Origin: Eledone cirrhosa
Taxonomy: Eukaryota
Direction: 5' to 3'
NCBI GenBank assembly: GCA_964016885.1
Contig: OZ024741.1
Span: 361,522,001 to 361,586,000, forward strand
Length of the DNA: 64,000 nucleotides
Shown here one piece after another: positions 15,001 through 30,000 of the stretch; position 1 is the first letter of the stretch, and every line of letters starts with the position of its first letter. The notes beneath the pieces are model-generated. The model did not search any database, was not told the origin of the DNA, and saw nothing but the letters and a program-made list of their open reading frames with translations. Made by a program: the position numbers and the translations under genes.

Positions 15001-18000
15001 TGGTGTTAGATGGTTGTTACAATGTTAGATGGTCGTTATGGTGTTAGATGGTTGTTATGGTGTTAGATGGTTGTTACAGTGTTAGATGGTTGTTATGGTG
15101 TTATATGGTTGTTATGCTGTTAGATGGTTGTTATGGTGTTAGGTGTTTGTTACAGAGTTAGATGGTTGTTATGGTGTTAGATGGTTTTTATGGTGTTAGA
15201 TGGTTGTTACAGAGTTAGATGGTTGTTACAGTGTTAGATGGTTGTTATGGTGTTAGATGGTTGTTATGGTGTTAGATGGTTGTTATGGTGTTAGGTGGTT
15301 GTTACAGGGTTAGATGGTTATTATGGTGTTAGATGGTTGTTATGGTGTTAGATAGTTGCTATGGAGTTATATGGTTGTTATGGTGTTAGATGGTTGTTAC
15401 AGTTTTAGATGGTTGTTATGGTGTTAGATGGTTGTTACAGTGCTAGATGGTTGTTATGGTGTTAGATGGTTGTTATGGGGTTATATGGTTGTTACAGTGT
15501 TAGATCGTTGTTATGGTGTTATATGGTTGTTACAGTGTTATATGGTTGTTATGGTGTTAGATGGTTGTTACAGTGTTAGATGGTTGTTACAGTGTTAGAT
15601 GCTTGTTATGGTGTTAGATGGTTGTTATGGTGTTAGATGGTTGTTACAGTGTTAGATGGTTGTTACAGTGTTAGATGCTTGTTATGGTATTAGATGGTTG
15701 TTACAATGGTAGATGGTTGTTACAGTGTTACATGGTTGTTATGTTGTTAGATGGTTGTTACAGTGTTAGATGGTTTTATGGTTTTATATGGTTGTTATGG
15801 TGTCACATGGTTGTTATGGTGTTAGATGGTTGCTATGGTGTTATATGGTTGTTATGGTGTCAGATGGTTGTTATGGTGTTAGATGGTTGTTATGGTTTTA
15901 GATGGTTGTTATGGTATTAGATGGTTGTTACAGTGTTAGATGTTTGCTATGGTGTTATATGGTTGATATGGTGTTAGATGGTTGTTATGGTGTTAGATGG
16001 TTGTTACGGTGTTAGATGGTTGTTATGGTGTTAGATGGTTGTTATGGTGTTAGATGGTTGTTATGGTGTTAGATGGTTGTTACAGTGTTAGATGGTTGTT
16101 AGGGTGTTAAATTGTTGTTACAGTGTTAGATGGTTGTTATGGTGTTAGATGGTTGTTACAGTGTTAGATGGTTGTTATGGTGTTACATGATTGTTGTGGT
16201 GTTAGATGGTTGTTTCAGTATTAGATGGTTGTTACAGTGTTAGATGGTTGTTACAGTGTTAGATGGTTGTTATGGTGTTAGATGGTTGTTACGGTGTTAG
16301 ATGGTTGTTACAGTGTTAGATGGTTGTTATGGTGTTAGATGGTTGTTATGGTGTTAGATGGTTGTTACAGTATTAGATGGTTGTTATGTTGTTAGATGGT
16401 TGTTATGGTGTTAGATGGTTGTTACAGTGTTAGATGGTTGTTATGGTGTTAGATGGTTGTTACAGTGTTAGATGGTTGTTATGGTGTTAGATGGTTGTTA
16501 TGGTGTTATATGGTTGTTACAGTGTTAGATGGTTGTTATGGTTTTAGATGGTCGTTATGGTGTTAGATGGTTGTTATGGTTTAGATGGTTATGCTGTTAC
16601 ATGGTTTTTATGGTGTTAGATGGTTGTTACAGTGTTAGATGGTTGCTATGTTGTATATGGTTGTTATGGTGTCACATGGTTGTTACAGTGTTAGATGGTT
16701 GTTATGGTGTTAGATGGTTGTTATGGTGTTAGATGGTTGTTACAATGTTAGATGGTCTTTATGGTGTTAGATGGTTGTTAGTGTTAGATGATTGTTATGG
16801 TGTTATATGGTTGTTACAGTGTTAGATGGTTGTTATGGTGTTAGATGGTTGTTATGGTGTTATATGGTTGTTACAGTGTTTGATGGTTGTTAGACTGTTA
16901 TATGGTTGTTATGGTGTTAGATGGTTGTTACAGTGTTAGATGGTTGTTATGGTGTTAGATGGTTGTTATGGTTTTAGATGGTTGTTACAGTGTTAGATGG
17001 TTGTTATGGTGTTAGATGGTTGTTATGGGGTTAGATGGTTCTTACAGTGTTAGATGGTTGTTATGGTTTTAGATGCTTGTTATGGTGTTATATGGTTGTC
17101 ATGGTGTCACATTATTGTCATGGTGCTACATGGTTGTTTTGGTGTGAGATGGTTGCTATGGTGTTATATGGTTGTTCTGGTCTCAGATGGTTGTTATGGT
17201 GTTAGATGGTTGTTATGGTTTTAGACGGTTGTTATGGTGTTAGATGGTTGTTACAGTGTTAGATGGTTGTTATGGTGTTAGATGGTTGTCATGGTGTTTG
17301 ATGGTTGTTAGAGTGTTAGATGGTTGTTACAGTGTTAGATGTTTGCTATGGTGTTATATGGTTGATATGGTGTTAGATGGTTGTTATGGTGTTATATGGT
17401 TGTTATGGTGTTAGATGGTTGTTATGGTGTTATATGGTTGTTATGGTGTTAGATGGTTGTTACAGTGTTAGATGGTTGTTATTGTGTTAAATGGTTGTTA
17501 TGGTGTTATATGGTTGTTACAATGTTAGATGGTCTTTATGGTGTTAGATGGTTGTTATGGTGTTAGATGGTTGTTACGGTGTTAGATGATTGTTATGGTG
17601 TTATATGGTTGTTACAGTGTTAGATGGTTGTTATGGTGTTAGATGTTTGTTATGGTGTTATATGGTTGTTATGGTGTTAGATGGTTGTTATGGTGTTAGA
17701 TGGTTGTTACAGTGTTACATGGTTGTTATGGTGTTAGATGGTTGTTACAGTGTTAGACGGTTGTTATGGTATTAGATGGTTGTTACAGTGTTAGATGGTT
17801 GTTATGGTGTTACATGGTTGTTATGGTGTTAGATGGTTGTTACAGTATTAGATGGTTGTTATGTTGTTAGATGGTTGTTATGTTGTTAGATGGTTGTTAT
17901 GGTGTCAGATGGTTGTTACAGTGTCAGATGGTTGTTATCGTGTTAGATGGTTGTTATCATGTTAGATGGTTGTTATGGTGTTAGATGGTTGTTATGGTGT

Positions 18001-21000
18001 TAGATGGTTGTTATGGTGTCAGATGGTTGCTATGGGGTTATATGGTTGTTATGGTGTTAGATGGTTGTTACAGTTTTAGATGGTTGTTATGGTGTTAGAT
18101 GGTTGTTACAGTGCTAGATGGTTGCTATGGTGTTATATGGTTGTTATGGTGTCAGATGGTTGTTATGGTGTTAGATGGTTGTTATGGTTTTAGATGGTTG
18201 TTATGGTATTAGATGGTTGTTACAGTGTTAGATGTTTGCTATGGTGTTATATGGTTGATATGGTGTTAGATGGTTGTTATGGTGTTAGATGGTTGTTACG
18301 GTGTTAGATGGTTGTTATGGTGTTAGATGGTTGTTATGGTGTTAGATGGTTGTTATGGTGTTAGATGGTTGTTACAGTGTTAGATGGTTGTTAGCGTGTT
18401 AAATTGTTGTTACAGTGTTAGATGGTTGTTATGGTGTTAGATGGTTGTTACAGTGTTAGATGGTTGTTATGGTGTTACATGATTGTTGTGGTGTTAGATG
18501 GTTGTTTCAGTATTAGATGGTTGTTACAGTGTTAGATGGTTGTTATGGTGTTAGATGGTTGTTACAGTATTAGATGGTTGTTATGTTGTTAGATGGTTGT
18601 TATGGTGTTAGATGGTTGTTACAGTGTTAGATGGTTGTTATGGTGTTAGATGGTTGTTACAGTGTTAGATGGTTGTTATGGTGTTAGATGGTTGTTATGG
18701 TGTTATATGGTTGTTACAGTGTTAGATGGTTGTTATGGTTTTAGATGGTCGTTATGGTGTTAGATGGTTGTTATGGTTTAGATGGTTATGCTGTTACATG
18801 GTTTTTATGGTGTTAGATGGTTGTTACAGTGTTAGATGGTTGCTATGTTGTATATGGTTGTTATGGTGTCACATGGTTGTTACAGTGTTAGATGGTTGTT
18901 ATGGTGTTAGATGGTTGTTACAATGTTAGATGGTCTTTATGGTGTTAGATGGTTGTTAGTGTTAGATGATTGTTATGGTGTTATATGGTTGTTACAGTGT
19001 TAGATGGTTGTTATGGTGTTAGATGGTTGTTATGGTGTTATATGGTTGTTACAGTGTTTGATGGTTGTTAGACTGTTATATGGTTGTTATGGTGTTAGAT
19101 GGTTGTTACAGTGTTAGATGGTTGTTATGGTGTTAGATGGTTGTTATGGTTTTAGATGGTTGTTACAGTGTTAGATGGTTGTTATGGTTTTAGATGGTTG
19201 TTATGGGGTTAGATGGTTCTTACAGTGTTAGATGGTTGTTATGGTTTTAGATGCTTGTTATGGTGTTATATGGTTGTCATGGTGTCACATTATTGTCATG
19301 GTGCTACATGGTTGTTTTGGTGTGAGATGGTTGCTATGGTGTTATATGGTTGTTCTGGTCTCAGATGGTTGTTATGGTGTTAGATGGTTGTTATGGTTTT
19401 AGACGGTTGTTATGGTGTTAGATGGTTGTTACAGTGTTAGATGGTTGTTATTGTGTTAGATGGTTGTCATGGTGTTTGATGGTTGTTAGAGTGTTAGATG
19501 GTTGTTACAGTGTTAGATGTTTGCTATGGTGTTATATGGTTGATATGGTGTTAGATGGTTGTTATGGTGTTATATGGTTGTTATGGTGTTAGATGGTTGT
19601 TATGGTGTTATATGGTTGTTATGGTGTTATATGGTTGTTACAATGTTAGATGGTCTTTATGGTGTTAGATGGTTGTTATGGTGTTAGATGGTTGTTACGG
19701 TGTTAGATGATTGTTATGCTGTTATATGGTTGTTACAGTGTTAGATGGTTGTTATGGTGTTAGATGTTTGTTATGGTGTTATATGGTTGTTATGGTGTTA
19801 GATGGTTGTTATGGTGTTAGATGGTTGTTACAGTGTTACATGGTTGTTATGGTGTTAGATGGTTGTTACAGTGTTAGACGGTTGTTATGGTATTAGATGG
19901 TTGTTACAGTGTTAGATGGTTGTTATGGTGTTACATGGTTGTTATGGTGTTAGATGGTTGTTACAGTATTAGATGGTTGTTATGTTGTTAGATGGTTGTT
20001 ATGTTGTTAGATGGTTGTTATGGTGTCAGATGGTTGTTACAGTGTCAGATGGTTGTTATCGTGTTAGATGGTTGTTATCGTGTTAGATGGTTGTTATGGT
20101 GTTAGATGGTTGTTACAATGTTAGATGGTCGTTATGGTGTTAGATGGTTGTTATGGTGTCAGATGGTTGTTATGGTGTTAGATGGTTGTTATGGTGTTAG
20201 ATGGTTGTTTCAGTGTTAGATGGTTGTCATGGTGTTAGATGGTTGTTACAGTGTTAGATGGTTGTTACAGTGTTACATGATTGTTACAGTGTTAGATGGT
20301 TGTTACAGGGTTAGATGGTTGTTATGGTGTTAGATGGTTGCTATGGTGTTATATGGTTGTTATGGTGTTAGATGGTTGTTATGGTGTTAGATGGTTGTTA
20401 CAGTTTTAGAATATTGTTATGGTGTTAGATGGTTGTTACAGTGTTAGATGGTTGTTATGGTATTAGATGGTTGTTATGGTGTTAGATGGTTGTTACAATG
20501 TTAGATGGTCGTTATGGTGTTAGATGGTTGTTATGGTGTTAGATGGTTGTTACAGTGTTAGATGGTTGTTATGGTGTTATATGGTTGTTATGCTGTTAGA
20601 TGGTTGTTATGGTGTTAGGTGTTTGTTACAGAGTTAGATGGTTGTTATGGTGTTAGATGGTTTTTATGGTGTTAGATGGTTGTTACAGAGTTAGATGGTT
20701 GTTACAGTGTTAGATGGTTGTTATGGTGTTAGATGGTTGTTATGGTGTTAGATGGTTGTTATGGTGTTAGGTGGTTGTTACAGGGTTAGATGGTTATTAT
20801 GGTGTTAGATGGTTGTTATGGTGTTAGATAGTTGCTATGGAGTTATATGGTTGTTATGGTGTTAGATGGTTGTTACAGTTTTAGATGGTTGTTATGGTGT
20901 TAGATGGTTGTTACAGTGCTAGATGGTTGTTATGGTGTTAGATGGTTGTTATGGGGTTATATGGTTGTTACAGTGTTAGATCGTTGTTATGGTGTTATAT

Positions 21001-24000
21001 GGTTGTTACAGTGTTATATGGTTGTTATGGTGTTAGATGGTTGTTACAGTGTTAGATGGTTGTTACAGTGTTAGATGCTTGTTATGGTGTTAGATGGTTG
21101 TTATGGTGTTAGATGGTTGTTACAGTGTTAGATGGTTGTTACAGTGTTAGATGCTTGTTATGGTATTAGATGGTTGTTACAATGGTAGATGGTTGTTACA
21201 GTGTTACATGGTTGTTATGTTGTTAGATGGTTGTTACAGTGTTAGATGGTTTTATGGTTTTATATGGTTGTTATGGTGTCACATGGTTGTTATGGTGTTA
21301 GATGGTTGCTATGGTGTTATATGGTTGTTATGGTGTCAGATGGTTGTTATGGTGTTAGATGGTTGTTATGGTTTTAGATGGTTGTTATGGTATTAGATGG
21401 TTGTTACAGTGTTAGATGTTTGCTATGGTGTTATATGGTTGATATGGTGTTAGATGGTTGTTATGGTGTTAGATGGTTGTTACGGTGTTAGATGGTTGTT
21501 ATGGTGTTAGATGGTTGTTATGGTGTTAGATGGTTGTTATGGTGTTAGATGGTTGTTACAGTGTTAGATGGTTGTTAGGGTGTTAAATTGTTGTTACAGT
21601 GTTAGATGGTTGTTATGGTGTTAGATGGTTGTTACAGTGTTAGATGGTTGTTATGGTGTTACATGATTGTTGTGGTGTTAGATGGTTGTTTCAGTATTAG
21701 ATGGTTGTTACAGTGTTAGATGGTTGTTACAGTGTTAGATGGTTGTTATGGTGTTAGATGGTTGTTACGGTGTTAGATGGTTGTTACAGTGTTAGATGGT
21801 TGTTATGGTGTTAGATGGTTGTTATGGTGTTAGATGGTTGTTACAGTATTAGATGGTTGTTATGTTGTTAGATGGTTGTTATGGTGTTAGATGGTTGTTA
21901 CAGTGTTAGATGGTTGTTATGGTGTTAGATGGTTGTTACAGTGTTAGATGGTTGTTATGGTGTTAGATGGTTGTTATGGTGTTATATGGTTGTTACAGTG
22001 TTAGATGGTTGTTATGGTTTTAGATGGTCGTTATGGTGTTAGATGGTTGTTATGGTTTAGATGGTTATGCTGTTACATGGTTTTTATGGTGTTAGATGGT
22101 TGTTACAGTGTTAGATGGTTGCTATGTTGTATATGGTTGTTATGGTGTCACATGGTTGTTACAGTGTTAGATGGTTGTTATGGTGTTAGATGGTTGTTAT
22201 GGTGTTAGATGGTTGTTACAATGTTAGATGGTCTTTATGGTGTTAGATGGTTGTTAGTGTTAGATGATTGTTATGGTGTTATATGGTTGTTACAGTGTTA
22301 GATGGTTGTTATGGTGTTAGATGGTTGTTATGGTGTTATATGGTTGTTACAGTGTTTGATGGTTGTTAGACTGTTATATGGTTGTTATGGTGTTAGATGG
22401 TTGTTACAGTGTTAGATGGTTGTTATGGTGTTAGATGGTTGTTATGGTTTTAGATGGTTGTTACAGTGTTAGATGGTTGTTATGGTGTTAGATGGTTGTT
22501 ATGGGGTTAGATGGTTCTTACAGTGTTAGATGGTTGTTATGGTTTTAGATGCTTGTTATGGTGTTATATGGTTGTCATGGTGTCACATTATTGTCATGGT
22601 GCTACATGGTTGTTTTGGTGTGAGATGGTTGCTATGGTGTTATATGGTTGTTCTGGTCTCAGATGGTTGTTATGGTGTTAGATGGTTGTTATGGTTTTAG
22701 ACGGTTGTTATGGTGTTAGATGGTTGTTACAGTGTTAGATGGTTGTTATGGTGTTAGATGGTTGTCATGGTGTTTGATGGTTGTTAGAGTGTTAGATGGT
22801 TGTTACAGTGTTAGATGTTTGCTATGGTGTTATATGGTTGATATGGTGTTAGATGGTTGTTATGGTGTTATATGGTTGTTATGGTGTTAGATGGTTGTTA
22901 TGGTGTTATATGGTTGTTATGGTGTTAGATGGTTGTTACAGTGTTAGATGGTTGTTATTGTGTTAAATGGTTGTTATGGTGTTATATGGTTGTTACAATG
23001 TTAGATGGTCTTTATGGTGTTAGATGGTTGTTATGGTGTTAGATGGTTGTTACGGTGTTAGATGATTGTTATGGTGTTATATGGTTGTTACAGTGTTAGA
23101 TGGTTGTTATGGTGTTAGATGTTTGTTATGGTGTTATATGGTTGTTATGGTGTTAGATGGTTGTTATGGTGTTAGATGGTTGTTACAGTGTTACATGGTT
23201 GTTATGGTGTTAGATGGTTGTTACAGTGTTAGACGGTTGTTATGGTATTAGATGGTTGTTACAGTGTTAGATGGTTGTTATGGTGTTACATGGTTGTTAT
23301 GGTGTTAGATGGTTGTTACAGTATTAGATGGTTGTTATGTTGTTAGATGGTTGTTATGTTGTTAGATGGTTGTTATGGTGTCAGATGGTTGTTACAGTGT
23401 CAGATGGTTGTTATCGTGTTAGATGGTTGTTATCATGTTAGATGGTTGTTATGGTGTTAGATGGTTGTTATGGTGTTAGATGGTTGTTATGGTGTCAGAT
23501 GGTTGCTATGGGGTTATATGGTTGTTATGGTGTTAGATGGTTGTTACAGTTTTAGATGGTTGTTATGGTGTTAGATGGTTGTTACAGTGCTAGATGGTTG
23601 CTATGGTGTTATATGGTTGTTATGGTGTCAGATGGTTGTTATGGTGTTAGATGGTTGTTATGGTTTTAGATGGTTGTTATGGTATTAGATGGTTGTTACA
23701 GTGTTAGATGTTTGCTATGGTGTTATATGGTTGATATGGTGTTAGATGGTTGTTATGGTGTTAGATGGTTGTTACGGTGTTAGATGGTTGTTATGGTGTT
23801 AGATGGTTGTTATGGTGTTAGATGGTTGTTATGGTGTTAGATGGTTGTTACAGTGTTAGATGGTTGTTAGCGTGTTAAATTGTTGTTACAGTGTTAGATG
23901 GTTGTTATGGTGTTAGATGGTTGTTACAGTGTTAGATGGTTGTTATGGTGTTACATGATTGTTGTGGTGTTAGATGGTTGTTTCAGTATTAGATGGTTGT

Positions 24001-27000
24001 TACAGTGTTAGATGGTTGTTATGGTGTTAGATGGTTGTTACAGTTTTAGATGGTTGTTATGGTGTTAGATGGTTGTTACAGTGCTAGATGGTTGTTATGG
24101 TGTTAGATGGTTGTTACAGTGTTAGACGGTTGTTATGGTATTAGATGGTTGTTACAGTGTTAGATGGTTGTTATGGTGTTACATGGTTGTTATGGTGTTA
24201 GATGGTTGTTACAGTATTAGATGGTTGTTATGTTGTTAGATGGTTGTTATGTTGTTAGATGGTTGTTATGGTGTCAGATGGTTGTTACAGTGTCAGATGG
24301 TTGTTATCGTGTTAGATGGTTGTTATCGTGTTAGATGGTTGTTATGGTGTTAGATGGTTGTTACAATGTTAGATGGTCGTTATGGTGTTAGATGGTTGTT
24401 ATGGTGTCAGATGGTTGTTATGGTGTTAGATGGTTGTTATGGTGTTAGATGGTTGTTTCAGTGTTAGATGGTTGTCATGGTGTTAGATGGTTGTTACAGT
24501 GTTAGATGGTTGTTACAGTGTTACATGATTGTTACAGTGTTAGATGGTTGTTACAGGGTTAGATGGTTGTTATGGTGTTAGATGGTTGCTATGGTGTTAT
24601 ATGGTTGTTATGGTGTTAGATGGTTGTTATGGTGTTAGATGGTTGTTACAGTTTTAGAATATTGTTATGGTGTTAGATGGTTGTTACAGTGTTAGATGGT
24701 TGTTATGGTATTAGATGGTTGTTATGGTGTTAGATGGTTGTTACAATGTTAGATGGTCGTTATGGTGTTAGATGGTTGTTATGGTGTTAGATGGTTGTTA
24801 CAGTGTTAGATGGTTGTTATGGTGTTATATGGTTGTTATGCTGTTAGATGGTTGTTATGGTGTTAGGTGTTTGTTACAGAGTTAGATGGTTGTTATGGTG
24901 TTAGATGGTTTTTATGGTGTTAGATGGTTGTTACAGAGTTAGATGGTTGTTACAGTGTTAGATGGTTGTTATGGTGTTAGATGGTTGTTATGGTGTTAGA
25001 TGGTTGTTATGGTGTTAGGTGGTTGTTACAGGGTTAGATGGTTATTATGGTGTTAGATGGTTGTTATGGTGTTAGATAGTTGCTATGGAGTTATATGGTT
25101 GTTATGGTGTTAGATGGTTGTTACAGTTTTAGATGGTTGTTATGGTGTTAGATGGTTGTTACAGTGCTAGATGGTTGTTATGGTGTTAGATGGTTGTTAT
25201 GGGGTTATATGGTTGTTACAGTGTTAGATCGTTGTTATGGTGTTATATGGTTGTTACAGTGTTATATGGTTGTTATGGTGTTAGATGGTTGTTACAGTGT
25301 TAGATGGTTGTTACAGTGTTAGATGCTTGTTATGGTGTTAGATGGTTGTTATGGTGTTAGATGGTTGTTACAGTGTTAGATGGTTGTTACAGTGTTAGAT
25401 GCTTGTTATGGTATTAGATGGTTGTTACAATGGTAGATGGTTGTTACAGTGTTACATGGTTGTTATGTTGTTAGATGGTTGTTACAGTGTTAGATGGTTT
25501 TATGGTTTTATATGGTTGTTATGGTGTCACATGGTTGTTATGGTGTTAGATGGTTGCTATGGTGTTATATGGTTGTTATGGTGTCAGATGGTTGTTATGG
25601 TGTTAGATGGTTGTTATGGTTTTAGATGGTTGTTATGGTATTAGATGGTTGTTACAGTGTTAGATGTTTGCTATGGTGTTATATGGTTGATATGGTGTTA
25701 GATGGTTGTTATGGTGTTAGATGGTTGTTACGGTGTTAGATGGTTGTTATGGTGTTAGATGGTTGTTATGGTGTTAGATGGTTGTTATGGTGTTAGATGG
25801 TTGTTACAGTGTTAGATGGTTGTTAGGGTGTTAAATTGTTGTTACAGTGTTAGATGGTTGTTATGGTGTTAGATGGTTGTTACAGTGTTAGATGGTTGTT
25901 ATGGTGTTACATGATTGTTGTGGTGTTAGATGGTTGTTTCAGTATTAGATGGTTGTTACAGTGTTAGATGGTTGTTACAGTGTTAGATGGTTGTTATGGT
26001 GTTAGATGGTTGTTACGGTGTTAGATGGTTGTTACAGTGTTAGATGGTTGTTATGGTGTTAGATGGTTGTTATGGTGTTAGATGGTTGTTACAGTATTAG
26101 ATGGTTGTTATGTTGTTAGATGGTTGTTATGGTGTTAGATGGTTGTTACAGTGTTAGATGGTTGTTATGGTGTTAGATGGTTGTTACAGTGTTAGATGGT
26201 TGTTATGGTGTTAGATGGTTGTTATGGTGTTATATGGTTGTTACAGTGTTAGATGGTTGTTATGGTTTTAGATGGTCGTTATGGTGTTAGATGGTTGTTA
26301 TGGTTTAGATGGTTATGCTGTTACATGGTTTTTATGGTGTTAGATGGTTGTTACAGTGTTAGATGGTTGCTATGTTGTATATGGTTGTTATGGTGTCACA
26401 TGGTTGTTACAGTGTTAGATGGTTGTTATGGTGTTAGATGGTTGTTATGGTGTTAGATGGTTGTTACAATGTTAGATGGTCTTTATGGTGTTAGATGGTT
26501 GTTAGTGTTAGATGATTGTTATGGTGTTATATGGTTGTTACAGTGTTAGATGGTTGTTATGGTGTTAGATGGTTGTTATGGTGTTATATGGTTGTTACAG
26601 TGTTTGATGGTTGTTAGACTGTTATATGGTTGTTATGGTGTTAGATGGTTGTTACAGTGTTAGATGGTTGTTATGGTGTTAGATGGTTGTTATGGTTTTA
26701 GATGGTTGTTACAGTGTTAGATGGTTGTTATGGTGTTAGATGGTTGTTATGGGGTTAGATGGTTCTTACAGTGTTAGATGGTTGTTATGGTTTTAGATGC
26801 TTGTTATGGTGTTATATGGTTGTCATGGTGTCACATTATTGTCATGGTGCTACATGGTTGTTTTGGTGTGAGATGGTTGCTATGGTGTTATATGGTTGTT
26901 CTGGTCTCAGATGGTTGTTATGGTGTTAGATGGTTGTTATGGTTTTAGACGGTTGTTATGGTGTTAGATGGTTGTTACAGTGTTAGATGGTTGTTATGGT

Positions 27001-30000
27001 GTTAGATGGTTGTCATGGTGTTTGATGGTTGTTACAGTGTTAGATGTTTGCTATGGTGTTATATGGTTGATATGGTGTTAGATGGTTGTTATGGTGTTAT
27101 ATGGTTGTTATGGTGTTAGATGGTTGTTATGGTGTTATATGGTTGTTATGGTGTTAGATGGTTGTTACAGTGTTAGATGGTTGTTATTGTGTTAAATGGT
27201 TGTTATGGTGTTATATGGTTGTTACAATGTTAGATGGTCTTTATGGTGTTAGATGGTTGTTATGGTGTTAGATGGTTGTTACGGTGTTAGATGATTGTTA
27301 TGGTGTTATATGGTTGTTACAGTGTTAGATGGTTGTTATGGTGTTAGATGTTTGTTATGGTGTTATATGGTTGTTATGGTGTTAGATGGTTGTTATGGTG
27401 TTAGATGGTTGTTACAGTGTTACATGGTTGTTATGGTGTTAGATGGTTGTTACAGTGTTAGACGGTTGTTATGGTATTAGATGGTTGTTACAGTGTTAGA
27501 TGGTTGTTATGGTGTTACATGGTTGTTATGGTGTTAGATGGTTGTTACAGTATTAGATGGTTGTTATGTTGTTAGATGGTTGTTATGTTGTTAGACGGTT
27601 GTTATGGTATTAGATGGTTGTTACAGTGTTAGATGGTTGTTATGGTGTTACATGGTTGTTATCGTGTTAGATGGTTGTTATCATGTTAGATGGTTGTTAT
27701 GGTGTTAGATGGTTGTTATGGTGTTAGATGGTTGTTATGGTGTCAGATGGTTGCTATGGGGTTATATGGTTGTTATGGTGTTAGATGGTTGTTACAGTTT
27801 TAGATGGTTGTTATGGTGTTAGATGGTTGTTACAGTGCTAGATGGTTGCTATGGTGTTATATGGTTGTTATGGTGTCAGATGGTTGTTATGGTGTTAGAT
27901 GGTTGTTATGGTTTTAGATGGTTGTTATGGTATTAGATGGTTGTTACAGTGTTAGATGTTTGCTATGGTGTTATATGGTTGATATGGTGTTAGATGGTTG
28001 TTATGGTGTTAGATGGTTGTTACGGTGTTAGATGGTTGTTATGGTGTTAGATGGTTGTTATGGTGTTAGATGGTTGTTATGGTGTTAGATGGTTGTTACA
28101 GTGTTAGATGGTTGTTAGCGTGTTAAATTGTTGTTACAGTGTTAGATGGTTGTTATGGTGTTAGATGGTTGTTACAGTGTTAGATGGTTGTTATGGTGTT
28201 ACATGATTGTTGTGGTGTTAGATGGTTGTTTCAGTATTAGATGGTTGTTACAGTGTTAGATGGTTGTTATGGTGTTAGATGGTTGTTACAGTTTTAGATG
28301 GTTGTTATGGTGTTAGATGGTTGTTACAGTGCTAGATGGTTGTTATGGTGTTAGATGGTTGTTATGGGGTTATATGGTTGTTACAGTGTTAGATCGTTGT
28401 TATGGTGTTATATGGTTGTTACAGTGTTATATGGTTGTTATGGTGTTAGATGGTTGTTACAGTGTTAGATGGTTGTTACAGTGTTAGATGCTTGTTATGG
28501 TGTTAGATGGTTGTTATGGTGTTAGATGGTTGTTACAGTGTTAGATGGTTGTTACAGTGTTAGATGCTTGTTATGGTATTAGATGGTTGTTACAATGGTA
28601 GATGGTTGTTACAGTGTTACATGGTTGTTATGTTGTTAGATGGTTGTTACAGTGTTAGATGGTTTTATGGTTTTATATGGTTGTTATGGTGTCACATGGT
28701 TGTTATGGTGTTAGATGGTTGCTATGGTGTTATATGGTTGTTATGGTGTCAGATGGTTGTTATGGTGTTAGATGGTTGTTATGGTTTTAGATGGTTGTTA
28801 TGGTATTAGATGGTTGTTACAGTGTTAGATGTTTGCTATGGTGTTATATGGTTGATATGGTGTTAGATGGTTGTTATGGTGTTAGATGGTTGTTACGGTG
28901 TTAGATGGTTGTTATGGTGTTAGATGGTTGTTATGGTGTTAGATGGTTGTTATGGTGTTAGATGGTTGTTACAGTGTTAGATGGTTGTTAGGGTGTTAAA
29001 TTGTTGTTACAGTGTTAGATGGTTGTTATGGTGTTAGATGGTTGTTACAGTGTTAGATGGTTGTTAAGGTGTTACATGATTGTTGTGGTGTTAGATGGTT
29101 GTTTCAGTATTAGATGGTTGTTACAGTGTTAGATGGTTGTTACAGTGTTAGATGGTTGTTATGGTGTTAGATGGTTGTTACGGTGTTAGATGGTTGTTAC
29201 AGTGTTAGATGGTTGTTATGGTGTTAGATGGTTGTTATGGTGTTAGATGGTTGTTACAGTATTAGATGGTTGTTATGTTGTTAGATGGTTGTTATGGTGT
29301 TAGATGGTTGTTACAGTGTTAGATGGTTGTTATGGTGTTAGATGGTTGTTACAGTGTTAGATGGTTGTTATGGTGTTAGATGGTTGTTATGGTGTTATAT
29401 GGTTGTTACAGTGTTAGATGGTTGTTATGGTTTTAGATGGTCGTTATGGTGTTAGATGGTTGTTATGGTTTAGATGGTTATGCTGTTACATGGTTTTTAT
29501 GGTGTTAGATGGTTGTTACAGTGTTAGATGGTTGCTATGTTGTATATGGTTGTTATGGTGTCACATGGTTGTTACAGTGTTAGATGGTTGTTATGGTGTT
29601 AGATGGTTGTTATGGTGTTAGATGGTTGTTACAATGTTAGATGGTCTTTATGGTGTTAGATGGTTGTTAGTGTTAGATGATTGTTATGGTGTTATATGGT
29701 TGTTACAGTGTTAGATGGTTGTTATGGTGTTAGATGGTTGTTATGGTGTTATATGGTTGTTACAGTGTTTGATGGTTGTTAGACTGTTATATGGTTGTTA
29801 TGGTGTTAGATGGTTGTTACAGTGTTAGATGGTTGTTATGGTGTTAGATGGTTGTTATGGTTTTAGATGGTTGTTACAGTGTTAGATGGTTGTTATGGTG
29901 TTAGATGGTTGTTATGGGGTTAGATGGTTCTTACAGTGTTAGATGGTTGTTATGGTTTTAGATGCTTGTTATGGTGTTATATGGTTGTCATGGTGTCACA